A stretch of 33,860 nucleotides of DNA from Candidatus Kaiserbacteria bacterium. GTDB taxonomy: Bacteria > Patescibacteriota > Minisyncoccia > Phycocordibacterales > JABMNX01. Made by a program: the position numbers and the translations under genes. Positions 17,648 to 27,269 of this stretch are shown piece by piece. The stretch is taken from the NCBI GenBank assembly GCA_013204405.1, contig JABMNX010000033.1, positions 1 to 33,860 of the forward strand, written 5' to 3'. How positions within the stretch are numbered: the stretch's first letter is position 1; each line of letters opens with the position of its first letter. The notes beneath the pieces are model-generated. The model did not search any database, was not told the DNA's origin, and saw only the letters and a program-made list of their open reading frames with translations.

Positions 17648-18923
17648 GAAACAAAAAAAAGCAGCTATTGATGTCTTAAAAAAAGTACTTGTAAGTGAAC
17701 ATAGTGGCTTTTATAGAGAAAAATATAGTGCTCACATAGATACGGTGGATGCGATTATCAAAGGAAGTGAAGAGTGGGAAGCACTACCGTTTCTTACTCG
17801 TGATGACATACAAAATTCTTTATACAGTGACCGTCTCTACATACCGTTTAATGACGTTAGACTTGTGCGTGCCACGTCAGGGACCTCTGGCCTTGGTATT
17901 CTTACTATTCCAAGAGTACGACTCCATCCAGCTCCACTATTCGACAAACAATATCTTCAGCCTGATTCAATCAAACGTGCTGTAACATTTAGTGGAGCAC
18001 ATTGCGTCTACGCCGATAACTTTAGGAAGAGGTTCAATCTTGATTCTATTTATCTTGACCCAGGAGATGTGAACATTTCGTCCCGTCTTTTTAGTATTTA
18101 TAAACCTGATATTTTGTTTGGATTTCCATATGCAGTGGCATCACTTTTGCCGCATATTAATGATAAAGAATTATTAAAATCAGTCAAAGTGGTATCTCTT
18201 TTCGGAGAATGGTGTTCAGAGCTTCAGTGGAAAAATTTTGAAAAGCATTTCCCCAACGCTTTGATAATTTCAGAGTATGCAAGTGTTGAGAGTCAGTCCA
18301 CGTTGTGTGGACCGTGTTCTGAAATTATTAAAAATAAAGAACGGTTTGTACACCCATTCCCAGATAGTGTATATGCTGAGCTGATAGATCCAGCCACTAA
18401 TTCAGTTATCACAGAGGAAGGAGTGTCAGGCGAACTGGTTGTCACTGTGTTGCGTAACCCTGCTTTTCCGCTTATTCGGTATAAAACAGGTGACTCCGCT
18501 CGTATAATCCGGTCTTCGTGTTCTTGTGGTATAGGTACTTCTGTATAATCTTTGATTTCACTATGCTGTCAGGGTGAAAAACCTCTGAATATTTTACATT
18601 AAACTCTACTCCAGTGATATATTGCTGATGCTCTACAAGAACGCGATCTATTTCTGCAAGATTAATTTCTCCTTTTGGAATACGTAAACGGTCAATTGAA
18701 ATCCTGCCGTCGATGGAGTATAATAGAGCTCTCTTGGAATAAAGAAATGATAAATGCCCAAGAAATAGCGGGGTCGATAGCGCAGGTGCTTCGAGTGGCA
18801 CCAAGCTATACATATGCACAAGGGGTTATGGATGGAATATATGAACCGCTTACTGTTGAGTACCGTGAGCCAAGTAAAGCTATAGAAAAGAACTTAAGAA
18901 TCACTCATACTATTAAACAGTAG
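17637..18923 (+). pseudogene. PaaK-like adenylate-forming ligase interrupted by an internal ~175-bp inversion
   Basis: TSGTSG, FGE, YASVE, PLIRYKTGD, CSCG. The missing middle part (YSIDGRISIDRLRIPKGE..) is on the minus strand at 18548-18718. Re-inverting it yields a continuous 428-aa ORF collinear with 25123-26415. Confidence 0.9.
18544..18722. other. Inverted segment bounded by palindromic TATA cores (18544-18547 and 18719-18722)
   Basis: Both junctions read GTATAAT now. The restored orientation reads GTATAC and ATTATAAT and is in frame at both ends. Confidence 0.9.
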
Positions 18924-18948
18924 TAGAGTTGTCTAATAAAGTATAATT

Positions 18949-20274
18949 ATGTTTCTGTCCTCATTCCACAAAATAAAACTTGAAGAAGTTTTAAAATCAG
19001 TTCTTGAAAACAAACACTCATCTTTCTATGCAGACCGTTTTTTAGACAGAGCAATACGTCAACCATTAACATTTAAGTCATGGGGGAACATCCCTTTTGC
19101 AACTCGAGCCGAGATTACAGCTACACCATTTTGGGAACGAGTATTTGTCCCACGAGCCGAAGTTCCTGTAATTCGACATACATACGGAACAAGCGGAAAG
19201 AGAATCTTAATAACTCCGCGTTCAAGTTACGGTGATTATCAGGAGCCATATATAAACACTGGTATGAGTCGACTCATGTGTTTTTTTGCATCTGGTCATA
19301 ATGAATGCCCACGTGAAAGTATAGACATCCAGGTATGGTTTGGTGATGTTGGTAATCTTGAGATGTCAGCAAAAATTGCAGCAGAAGGAAGAGTTGATAG
19401 TCTATCCATTACACCATATACCGCACTTAATTTTGCTAAAGAACTTGAGAAGTACGATGCGGTGAAAAATATCAAGACAGTAATGCTTATTGGGGAACGA
19501 TGCTCTCCACTACAGCTTAAAAGAATTAATAGTCTATATCCAGACGCAGATGTATATGGAGTCTTTGCAAGTTCGGAGACACGAGAGGTAGTAGCACTTC
19601 CTTGTGTACATACTCGAAAATCTGCACCACTTGTACTTGAGCAGGTAAAGGAAATGTACTGTGAAATTATTGATCCAAACACAGGATCAGTCATTAATGA
19701 ATACGATGTGGTTGGAGAGTTGGTGATTACCACTTTAACTCTTGGGATACCATTTCCACTTATACGGTACCGCACAGGAGACATTGCTAAATATACAAAA
19801 CGTTCATGTTTGTGCGAGGAGGGAGGTCGTGGGTTTGAGGTTCTTGGAAGATCGACAGTTTTTCCCGTGAGGATGGCTAAAGGAGAATTAACAATAGATG
19901 CGGTGGAGAAGGCATTAAATGAGATACCAGATATTAATCCTAGATATTTTGAGGCACATTACTTTGAGATTGATAATAAGGATAAAAGGGTGCTACCTTG
20001 TATTCGAATGGTGTTAGTAACAGGTTCTGAAGACGAATCTAAAAATAAAGAATTAGCACAACAGATAGAACTTAAACTTTTTGTGTTTCCAACGTACACA
20101 TACGCACAAGGAGTGGAAGATGGAATCTATTTACCCATTGAAGTTTCATGCATACGCTCTGTTCCCGAAAGTTCTCCAGGAAAGCAGAGACCATCGGTCG
20201 TTGTGCGCCACATTTCCGGATCTCAATCAAATGAAGGGTATTATACTTCGGTGAGCGAAACCCGGTCATTGTAG
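18949..20274 (+). CDS. PaaK/F390-synthetase-like adenylate-forming ligase
   Basis: TYGTSG, IGE, FASSE, GELVITT..PLIRYRTGD, CLC, LGR, and a C-terminal GK. Confidence 0.85.
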   Translation: MFLSSFHKIKLEEVLKSVLENKHSSFYADRFLDRAIRQPLTFKSWGNIPFATRAEITATPFWERVFVPRAEVPVIRHTYGTSGKRILITPRSSYGDYQEPYINTGMSRLMCFFASGHNECPRESIDIQVWFGDVGNLEMSAKIAAEGRVDSLSITPYTALNFAKELEKYDAVKNIKTVMLIGERCSPLQLKRINSLYPDADVYGVFASSETREVVALPCVHTRKSAPLVLEQVKEMYCEIIDPNTGSVINEYDVVGELVITTLTLGIPFPLIRYRTGDIAKYTKRSCLCEEGGRGFEVLGRSTVFPVRMAKGELTIDAVEKALNEIPDINPRYFEAHYFEIDNKDKRVLPCIRMVLVTGSEDESKNKELAQQIELKLFVFPTYTYAQGVEDGIYLPIEVSCIRSVPESSPGKQRPSVVVRHISGSQSNEGYYTSVSETRSL

Positions 20275-20312
20275 GGTGTATGAGTAAGTAGTCTAAGATA
20301 GTGTTATTAAAA

Positions 20313-21893
20313 TTATTCACTTAAATAGAACTCTGGTGACATTATTAAATTAACCTTTAATCTAGTATCACTGATAAACTCGGCAGCATCTTGTGGCGGT
20401 ATTTGTGAAATGAGATCATCGTTGTAACTTCGGAAGTGAAAATTTTTAATAGGAGCAAGTCCCCTTTTTTCAGTTAACAAGAGTGGAAAGTCTACGATAG
20501 TTTCATTTGATAGAAAGAAAAGAGTGTCAATGTATGAACGTGTTAAAAAAAGTGCATAGAGTGGTATTTCTTGTTTTCGTGATACATTCACTGCAGTAAG
20601 TCCCATGTCGTCGATATTGCCAATAAGATGTTCTGACCATGCACTTTTTCCTTTCCATACTGTAACAAGGGAGAAGAGTCTATCCACGTTCTTGTTTCCA
20701 AATGTTAGTGTGAGGGTGTCAGGATTAGATGTCTCTAAGAGTAATTTCACTTTTTCTATAAAACCTTCAACTATTCTTGTGTCTAAGAATGATGTAGATG
20801 AAATAATATTTTTTTCTAGTGATGCTAGTTCTGTAAGAAGAATATCAGTGTCTTTAGCTGCCACACTAAAAAGTGGAGAATGCATTAAATCATTTTGTAT
20901 GTAGTGTGAAGTGAGCACTAAACTAGCGTCATGCCCAAAATCTGGGCATAGGTATGGATTAAGTGGTTGGTGTTGATATTTTAGACCTGATTTATTGAGC
21001 GTTTCGTAATAATTACCATTAGCTTCTGATAAATCATTAAATAGTAGGTCATTAATTGGGTTTATTCGAATAGTTTCAGAGTCGCTTATGCGGGACGAAC
21101 TCCACCAGAACATTATGGCAGGAATATCATTTGAGTAACGACAAATGCCGTCATTAAGAAATATTGTTGGCAAACTGCCTATAGATTTAGTTGTTTTAGA
21201 AAAAGCGGTGAATTTATTTACCACAGATTGAGCTATAATATTCTTATTTTGCGACAGTATCTCTCTTGGGGTACTTTCTTTATCTTCCACATGTATTTTA
21301 TCTGTTGGTATATCTTTTGGTTCAATTCGACAAGAAGATGATATTTTTAATAAACATTTAAATCGTCTTTTCTCCTCCTCTCCGCGCTTATTTGCCATCT
21401 GGATAGCCAACTTTAATTGTGTAGAGTAAAAATTTACATTAGTTGAGCCGTTAAGAAAGAATAGATCATGATTATCTAACGAGTCTAATACATAGACCAT
21501 ATCTTGTGCATTCTTTTTGTATATATATATGGTTTTAAGTAAACTGAAGTGGTATTTTTTAGCTTCTATGAGTGACGGTTTTGTTGAAAGCTGGACACGT
21601 AACATCTCGGTCATTGGCAAAGTTTCAAGAAACTCAATAGGGAACAATATTTTTCGTGTATATTGCTTTGTTTCTTCTGGAAAATATGAAATCGATAAAG
21701 AAAGACTTTTTTTAAGGTTTTTTATTGAATGTTCAAGCTCACTGGGGTCACTTCCTTCAAATGCAAACAAAGGTTTTGCTTGGTGTTGTGATATGTAATA
21801 TTCCAGCTCAGTGGAGCCCGGACCTTTATTTTCAAGTGCAAACAGAGATAGTATAAGCACAGTGAGTAGCAAAATTACTGTAGAGAGCCTCAT
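20313..21893 (-). CDS. Uncharacterised exported/membrane-anchored protein, family X paralog 3
   Basis: Full-length collinear paralog of 9132-10718 (MFWWS.SRIS, QPLNPYLCPDFGHD, IGNIDDM, LIM.PE). Confidence 0.85.
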   Translation of the reverse strand: MRLSTVILLLTVLILSLFALENKGPGSTELEYYISQHQAKPLFAFEGSDPSELEHSIKNLKKSLSLSISYFPEETKQYTRKILFPIEFLETLPMTEMLRVQLSTKPSLIEAKKYHFSLLKTIYIYKKNAQDMVYVLDSLDNHDLFFLNGSTNVNFYSTQLKLAIQMANKRGEEEKRRFKCLLKISSSCRIEPKDIPTDKIHVEDKESTPREILSQNKNIIAQSVVNKFTAFSKTTKSIGSLPTIFLNDGICRYSNDIPAIMFWWSSSRISDSETIRINPINDLLFNDLSEANGNYYETLNKSGLKYQHQPLNPYLCPDFGHDASLVLTSHYIQNDLMHSPLFSVAAKDTDILLTELASLEKNIISSTSFLDTRIVEGFIEKVKLLLETSNPDTLTLTFGNKNVDRLFSLVTVWKGKSAWSEHLIGNIDDMGLTAVNVSRKQEIPLYALFLTRSYIDTLFFLSNETIVDFPLLLTEKRGLAPIKNFHFRSYNDDLISQIPPQDAAEFISDTRLKVNLIMSPEFYLSE

Positions 21894-21900
21894 GGATGGT

Positions 21901-21909
21901 ATCGTACCA
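21901..21909 (-). promoter_or_regulatory. Extended -10 (TGGTACGAT); leaderless spacing
   Basis: Ends 7 nt upstream of ATG 21893. Confidence 0.5.
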
Positions 21910-22083
21910 TATCTTTATTGTAGTTTCAGCACAAGCTTTATTTTACATATGTTTATACTCACCAACCTTTAAACTTATGCAAACCTAAAAGAAGTGGTAT
22001 TATCTTATGAAAGTGACAATGCTGTAATATACAAAGTGTGTACATATTTGTAACTGTGTTTATAAAAAAAGTATCTTTATTGT

Positions 22084-23529
22084 ATGTATAAAAATATTAA
22101 AGTAGTAAATGTTGGTTATTTAATTCTTATTGTACTAGGTGTGTTGTTGGTATTTTCTACTGTTTTTTCTGGGAAGAACAGAGGGGATGGAACTCAATAC
22201 CTTTCTGAAAATGATCTAAGTTGTGAAGGTTGTAACGTGCTAGTTATAGGGTTTGATGCACTACAGGCAAATCATGTGAGTCACCTTGGATACAAAAAGA
22301 TAACAACTCCTACGTTGGACACGTTAGCATCTAATGGAGTAAGTTTTTCTCGTAATTTTAGTGTTGCTTCTTGGACAGTCCCATCTTTTATGTCTTATTT
22401 TACTTCATTGTATCCGTCTGAGCACGGGGTGGTTAATAAGTTTGTAACATTCACTGAGAATGAAAAAGTTATATCAAACCTCAAAAAGATTTCTCCTCAA
22501 GTTTTAACACTAGCAGATGCATTCAAAAGTGCTGGCTACATAACAGGAGGCTTTACAGGGGACGCTGGTGTTAATAGTATTTTTGGGTATGGGCAAGGTT
22601 TTGATACATACACGGATGAGACGACATTTGGCTCTATTGAAGGAAGTGCAAGTCACGCCCTTTCATGGCTTGATGAACATCAAGGGGAAAAATTCTTTAT
22701 GTTTCTACACGGGTATGATGCACACGGGCAATTTAGTGGCGTAGGTCCTGACTACAAACCAACTTTCGCCCATGGAGCTGATGAACAGTATGAAATTACC
22801 CCAGAGCGACAAAGGGAACTTAGGGAAAAGGGTCTTAGTGACGGTGATTTGTTGCTAGATAAGGGAGAGGTCAGTGCGTGGAATGCTTGGTACGACAGTA
22901 AGATATTTGATGCAGATGCACGGATTGGGGTATTTTTATCAGAACTTGAAAAACGTAACTTACTTGAATCATTGGTGGTGGTTGTAATTTCAGACCATGG
23001 GACTGAAATATATGAGCACAGGCGCTTTGATCATGGATATAGCTTGTACAATGAGCTTATACGTGTCCCTCTTGTTATATCAGTTCCTAACCAAGAGAAT
23101 TCATTTATATCTGATGTTCAGGTCCGTTCCATTGATCTCGCCCCAACACTTTTTGACATCACAGGCATTACTATTAATGATGATTGGAAGAATCAGATTC
23201 GTGGCTCAAGCCTTGTCCCAGTACTGACCGGAGAAGAAAAAAATAACCGTCCCGTATTTTCTTCAACTGATTATAGAAATTATACTCATAAGCGTTCTTA
23301 TATAGATGATGGTAGTTGGAAACTTATTTACACGCTTGAGACAGGTGAATCAGAACTCTACAATCTTAAAGATGATTTAAGTGAGTACAAAGATCTTGCT
23401 ACAATATTTCCAGATCGGGTTGAGAATATGAAGAATATTTTATTTGAACAGCTCCTACGTACAGGAGAGAATGTTGATGGAAAATGGGAGATAGGGTGCC
23501 TCCCTGTTTATAATGATCAGTGTATTTAA
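22084..23529 (+). CDS. Membrane-anchored sulfatase-like hydrolase/transferase (alkaline phosphatase superfamily)
   Basis: NVLVIGFDAL, TPTLD, SWTVPSFMSYFTSLYP, SDHG, DHG, RVPL, ELYNL..D; N-terminal TM helix. Confidence 0.9.
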   Translation: MYKNIKVVNVGYLILIVLGVLLVFSTVFSGKNRGDGTQYLSENDLSCEGCNVLVIGFDALQANHVSHLGYKKITTPTLDTLASNGVSFSRNFSVASWTVPSFMSYFTSLYPSEHGVVNKFVTFTENEKVISNLKKISPQVLTLADAFKSAGYITGGFTGDAGVNSIFGYGQGFDTYTDETTFGSIEGSASHALSWLDEHQGEKFFMFLHGYDAHGQFSGVGPDYKPTFAHGADEQYEITPERQRELREKGLSDGDLLLDKGEVSAWNAWYDSKIFDADARIGVFLSELEKRNLLESLVVVVISDHGTEIYEHRRFDHGYSLYNELIRVPLVISVPNQENSFISDVQVRSIDLAPTLFDITGITINDDWKNQIRGSSLVPVLTGEEKNNRPVFSSTDYRNYTHKRSYIDDGSWKLIYTLETGESELYNLKDDLSEYKDLATIFPDRVENMKNILFEQLLRTGENVDGKWEIGCLPVYNDQCI

Positions 23530-23543
23530 GTAATAGAGATATT

Positions 23544-25133
23544 TTAGAAATACGGCTGGATGGTACCTTCTATAACAGGTTCACTGTTCCTTGTTTGTTG
23601 AGTTTTTTCCCACCAAATATCAAGCTTATTTTTTAACTCTTTAGCAACCTCTTCTTCTTTGTTATACACATTACGTAGCTCATTTGGGTCTTCCTTAAGA
23701 TTGTAGAGCTCATACAAATCTCTAATCGTATCGCGCTGTGTGATAAGATTCCACCAACCATATTGTGCTTCCTGTAGTCTTGCCTTTCTCCAGATAAGCT
23801 TCCATTCTTTCGTTCGAATCGCTACATCAAATATTGCATCTTTCTTATCAAGCTCATCAAAAGATGTCAGAGAGTCTTGTATTTTTTGATATACACTTTC
23901 TTCATTCTGAATAAATCCATTACTCGTTTGAATTGCATGTTCCCACAGTGGCACACGTACTGAAAAAGTTTCATTGCGGATACTAGAAGTAGATTTTTCA
24001 ATAAGTGGACGTAGGCTTATTCCTTCAGCTTGATTTAAAGGGGGTTCTTGTATGTAGTCAAGAATTGTAGGAAGAACATCGAAGGAATTAACCAATGAGT
24101 CTATCCGTTGCGGTTTTTCTCCTGGGATATAAATAATGAGTGGTGTGTGTATAGTGGCGTCATATATGTCGTAATGGGCATAGTAACCATGCTCTCCCAT
24201 TTCCTCACCGTGTTCTGAATGAAGTATTACAATAGTATTTTCTGCAATAACACTTCTTTTGAATGCTTTAAAAAACTTACCCAAAAATTCATCTGTGGCA
24301 CGTATATTGCTGAGATACCCCTCTTTTATATATCTACTGTCTTCATCGGTTAGTGGAGTTATTGTTGTACCAAGTTCATCAAGGGACCATATATTTCCTT
24401 CATATATAGTCCTTAAATGATCCCACCAATCTAGTTTATTTTCATCTTTTAGTGGGCCATTGTATTCTTGTTGATATGAAAATGGATAACGTCCATATGG
24501 CCAGTGAGCTGTGCCGAGAGTTAACCAGAGAAAGAATTTATCATCTGGGGGATTTTTAATCCAAGAAAGGGGATTGTTCGATAGAGCCCTACCAGACCTA
24601 AAATAAGTACGAGACTCGATTGGTGGCACCTGGAATTCTTTATAATATTCGTCAAAGCCCCTGCTAAAGCTTTCACGAAGTGCATATGAAAAGTCAAAAA
24701 ATTCGGGAGAGGAACCCATTGCCACAGTGTAATATCCACTTGACTGTAATACTTGCGCCAGAGTAATAAACTTATTATTTAAGACAGAATCAAATCGGAC
24801 TACACCACTGTTTAGGGGCGAGAGTGATGTGTGCAGGGACATTTCAGTTATTGGAGTTAAATACGATGGAGTGATGTAGTCTTCAAACACAATTGATTTC
24901 TCAGCCCAGCTATCTATTGAAGGAGTGGGGCTTTCTATTATGTTTTCATTGTACGTGCCAACATAATTCGAACCTAAGCTGTCAATAGAGATAAGAATTA
25001 TATTGCATTTTTTTTCACACGGGAGTTTGTTAATTGTCGCAAGAAAGTGTAAAGAAAAAAAACACGCGAGTAGAAAACTAAGCACGCATAGTTTATAGAT
25101 AACTTTTACTGATTGAGGATTTCTACTTATCAT
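23544..25133 (-). CDS. Membrane-anchored sulfatase-like hydrolase/transferase
   Basis: NIILISIDSL, TPSID, LTPITEMSLHTSL, HWPY, SEHGE, ELYNLKEDPNE. ATG 25133 overlaps the upstream stop; the track start 25250 lies inside the neighbouring gene. Confidence 0.9.
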   Translation of the reverse strand: MISRNPQSVKVIYKLCVLSFLLACFFSLHFLATINKLPCEKKCNIILISIDSLGSNYVGTYNENIIESPTPSIDSWAEKSIVFEDYITPSYLTPITEMSLHTSLSPLNSGVVRFDSVLNNKFITLAQVLQSSGYYTVAMGSSPEFFDFSYALRESFSRGFDEYYKEFQVPPIESRTYFRSGRALSNNPLSWIKNPPDDKFFLWLTLGTAHWPYGRYPFSYQQEYNGPLKDENKLDWWDHLRTIYEGNIWSLDELGTTITPLTDEDSRYIKEGYLSNIRATDEFLGKFFKAFKRSVIAENTIVILHSEHGEEMGEHGYYAHYDIYDATIHTPLIIYIPGEKPQRIDSLVNSFDVLPTILDYIQEPPLNQAEGISLRPLIEKSTSSIRNETFSVRVPLWEHAIQTSNGFIQNEESVYQKIQDSLTSFDELDKKDAIFDVAIRTKEWKLIWRKARLQEAQYGWWNLITQRDTIRDLYELYNLKEDPNELRNVYNKEEEVAKELKNKLDIWWEKTQQTRNSEPVIEGTIQPYF

Positions 25134-26415
25134 CTCGAAATATCTTTTTCTTTTTACCAGTAGAGGCTTTAGTATGAACCAGTGGCACAATTTCAAGAGA
25201 CATATATATATTTTCTTCGACTCCATCTGCATAAACACGGTCTGGAGCAATACGTAGAGATTTTGATAGAGCCTCTTTTAAAGTGCTTGTGCTTTTATCT
25301 GGAGAAATAAGAGAAAGATGTATTGATATCTGTGGTTTAAACACACCGTCTTCATCTACAATTTCTTTGTAATGGACCTCAAAGTCTCCACTATTTAGAT
25401 AATCACTATGTAGTGAAATAACTCGATCAACCTCTGATAAGTTAAGTTCTCCTTTTCTAAAACGTAGACGGTCTATATCTAACCTACCGTCAATTGAGAG
25501 GACTGGTGTTGTTATTCCACATTCACATTCATGACGGATTATTTGTGCTAAATCTCCTGTTCGATATCGTATAAGTGGGAAAGCAACAGGGCGGATTGTT
25601 GTTATTACTAGCTCTCCACCGACTCCATTTTCTTTAATAATTTCTTCAGATATTGGGTTAATAATTTCTGTATACACATATTCAGGGACAGGGTGTACGT
25701 ATTGTTTGTGTTCATTAATTGCAATACTGCATGGGACTGCCACAGATGTTTGTGACTCAATACTCGCGTACTCGGAAACTATTTTTGCGTTTGGGAATAA
25801 CCTTTGGAATTCATTCCACTGGAATTGAGAACACCATTCACCAAATACTTGTATTGCTTTTACTTTCTTTCGGACGTTTGTCGGTAGATTTTCTGACAAA
25901 GCTCCAAGAGCATACACGGGCCCTGCAAGCATGTCTGGCATGTAAAGCGTAATGAGGTGTGCCGCTAATGGAATATCACCAGGGTCAACGTTTATTGAAT
26001 CGATTCCTGCTAGTCTTCGAAACGATGGACTATAATAAAATTGAGCACCGCTAAATGTAGCAAGGCGGTGTACATTAAGAGAAACAAACAACCTATAGTT
26101 TAAAGGCAGTTTATTTCCTTCATGGGACATTGTGCGTGGTACTGGGAGAATACCTGCTCCTGATGTTCCAGAAGTGGGTCGGATTATCTCTACATCTTTT
26201 TCGTCAACATATAAGCGTTCGTGCATCGGAAATTTTTGTATCTCCCCACGTGATAAAAATGGTATGTCCTCCCACGCAGTTTCGTCTCCTTCAAGAAATG
26301 ATTGCACAGATGTTTCTCCGAAGTATTTTTCTCGGTAGAAGTTGCTCTTGGAGCTTTTTGTTACTTCTTTTAGCACTGTAGCTAGTGCCGAGTATGGAAA
26401 ATTCAAATTATTCAT
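25123..26415 (-). CDS. PaaK-like adenylate-forming ligase, intact paralog of 17637-18923
   Basis: TSGTSG, FGEWCS, SEYASIESQ, PLIRYRTGD, CECG, IDGR, TGK. ATG 26415 is coupled to the upstream stop. Confidence 0.88.
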   Translation of the reverse strand: MNNLNFPYSALATVLKEVTKSSKSNFYREKYFGETSVQSFLEGDETAWEDIPFLSRGEIQKFPMHERLYVDEKDVEIIRPTSGTSGAGILPVPRTMSHEGNKLPLNYRLFVSLNVHRLATFSGAQFYYSPSFRRLAGIDSINVDPGDIPLAAHLITLYMPDMLAGPVYALGALSENLPTNVRKKVKAIQVFGEWCSQFQWNEFQRLFPNAKIVSEYASIESQTSVAVPCSIAINEHKQYVHPVPEYVYTEIINPISEEIIKENGVGGELVITTIRPVAFPLIRYRTGDLAQIIRHECECGITTPVLSIDGRLDIDRLRFRKGELNLSEVDRVISLHSDYLNSGDFEVHYKEIVDEDGVFKPQISIHLSLISPDKSTSTLKEALSKSLRIAPDRVYADGVEENIYMSLEIVPLVHTKASTGKKKKIFRDDK

Positions 26416-27268
26416 GTCCAATTGTTATATGTCCATCTTGGTCTACAGAGGTATTTGTAGAGATAGCAAAACGAATAAGCGGTATTGTATGGCACTTAAG
26501 ACTAGTTATGTAGCAACAGTCGTTAATAACTTCAAAGAAATATTCTGGAGAAGGTAGAAAACTTAAAGAATCCTGTTTTGATGAAGGGTTTGTGTACCCG
26601 ATTGGTATTCCTGGGAAAAGATGGTACTCAATAGATGTGTCGCCACTGAGTTGTGGTATAGTCACTTTTTTATTAAGTGGAGCAACGATGTGCCACAACC
26701 GCACTTGTTCCTGTAAACCTTCAGATTTTAAGATATTAAATACATCTTCTGCGACATCTGATGTCGCAACAACCATTTGCGCTTCCGTTTCTTTGATTAA
26801 TTGCGTAATCAGTGGTGGGTTGCGTGGGGAAAGTACTGATACTGGTACATTCTTTTTCCTACATGTTTTGTAGAACATTGGACCAAGTTGCCATGAGAGC
26901 GGTACGGTCATTATAGCAACTCGTGGTGTGTACGCTGCAACTTCATCGGCAACTGTGTCCCATTCCGCATCTATGTTTTGAGCGTATAAAAATAAGTCCT
27001 TCCAATTATCTAAATCAAATTCAGATACAAGATATCGAATATCTTTTTCTGGGTAGTGAATTAACTTTTCTTTATGCTTAATTAATTCAGTAGCAGACAC
27101 CGTTGGTATTTTTTGTAACTCCTCAAGAAACGTTTCTTGAGAGCCCGAAACTATCGGTAAGTCCGCGTACAGGTCGCTTAAAGTGTTCTCTCGGGCGAAA
27201 TCTAAAACCGTGTGGATATCGTGTATGATTTCTTTACTGATAGGTGTGTGCCAATCTTTTGTGCTCAT
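26408..27268 (-). CDS. Short, degenerate PaaK-like protein, paralog of 16796-17647
   Basis: HYPEKDIRYLVSEFD, WQLGP, SPRN, EYHLFPGIPIG, PSPEYFFE, PLIRF; no P-loop. Confidence 0.7.
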   Translation of the reverse strand: MSTKDWHTPISKEIIHDIHTVLDFARENTLSDLYADLPIVSGSQETFLEELQKIPTVSATELIKHKEKLIHYPEKDIRYLVSEFDLDNWKDLFLYAQNIDAEWDTVADEVAAYTPRVAIMTVPLSWQLGPMFYKTCRKKNVPVSVLSPRNPPLITQLIKETEAQMVVATSDVAEDVFNILKSEGLQEQVRLWHIVAPLNKKVTIPQLSGDTSIEYHLFPGIPIGYTNPSSKQDSLSFLPSPEYFFEVINDCCYITSLKCHTIPLIRFAISTNTSVDQDGHITIGHE

Positions 27269-27269
27269 A

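Noticed and set aside
18472-18819. Minus-strand 115-aa ORF and plus-strand 18675-18923 ORF as independent genes
   Set aside because: Both are fragments of the inverted ligase gene 17637-18923.
21894-22083. Possible third FVGCGGF peptide or ncRNA near the third family X gene
   Set aside because: I found no such ORF or convincing structure; the region looks like a divergent promoter gap.
23484-23529. Sulfatase C-terminus WEIGCLPVYNDQCI resembling the peptide tail
   Set aside because: Only GC is shared; it is more likely a disulfide-forming tail.
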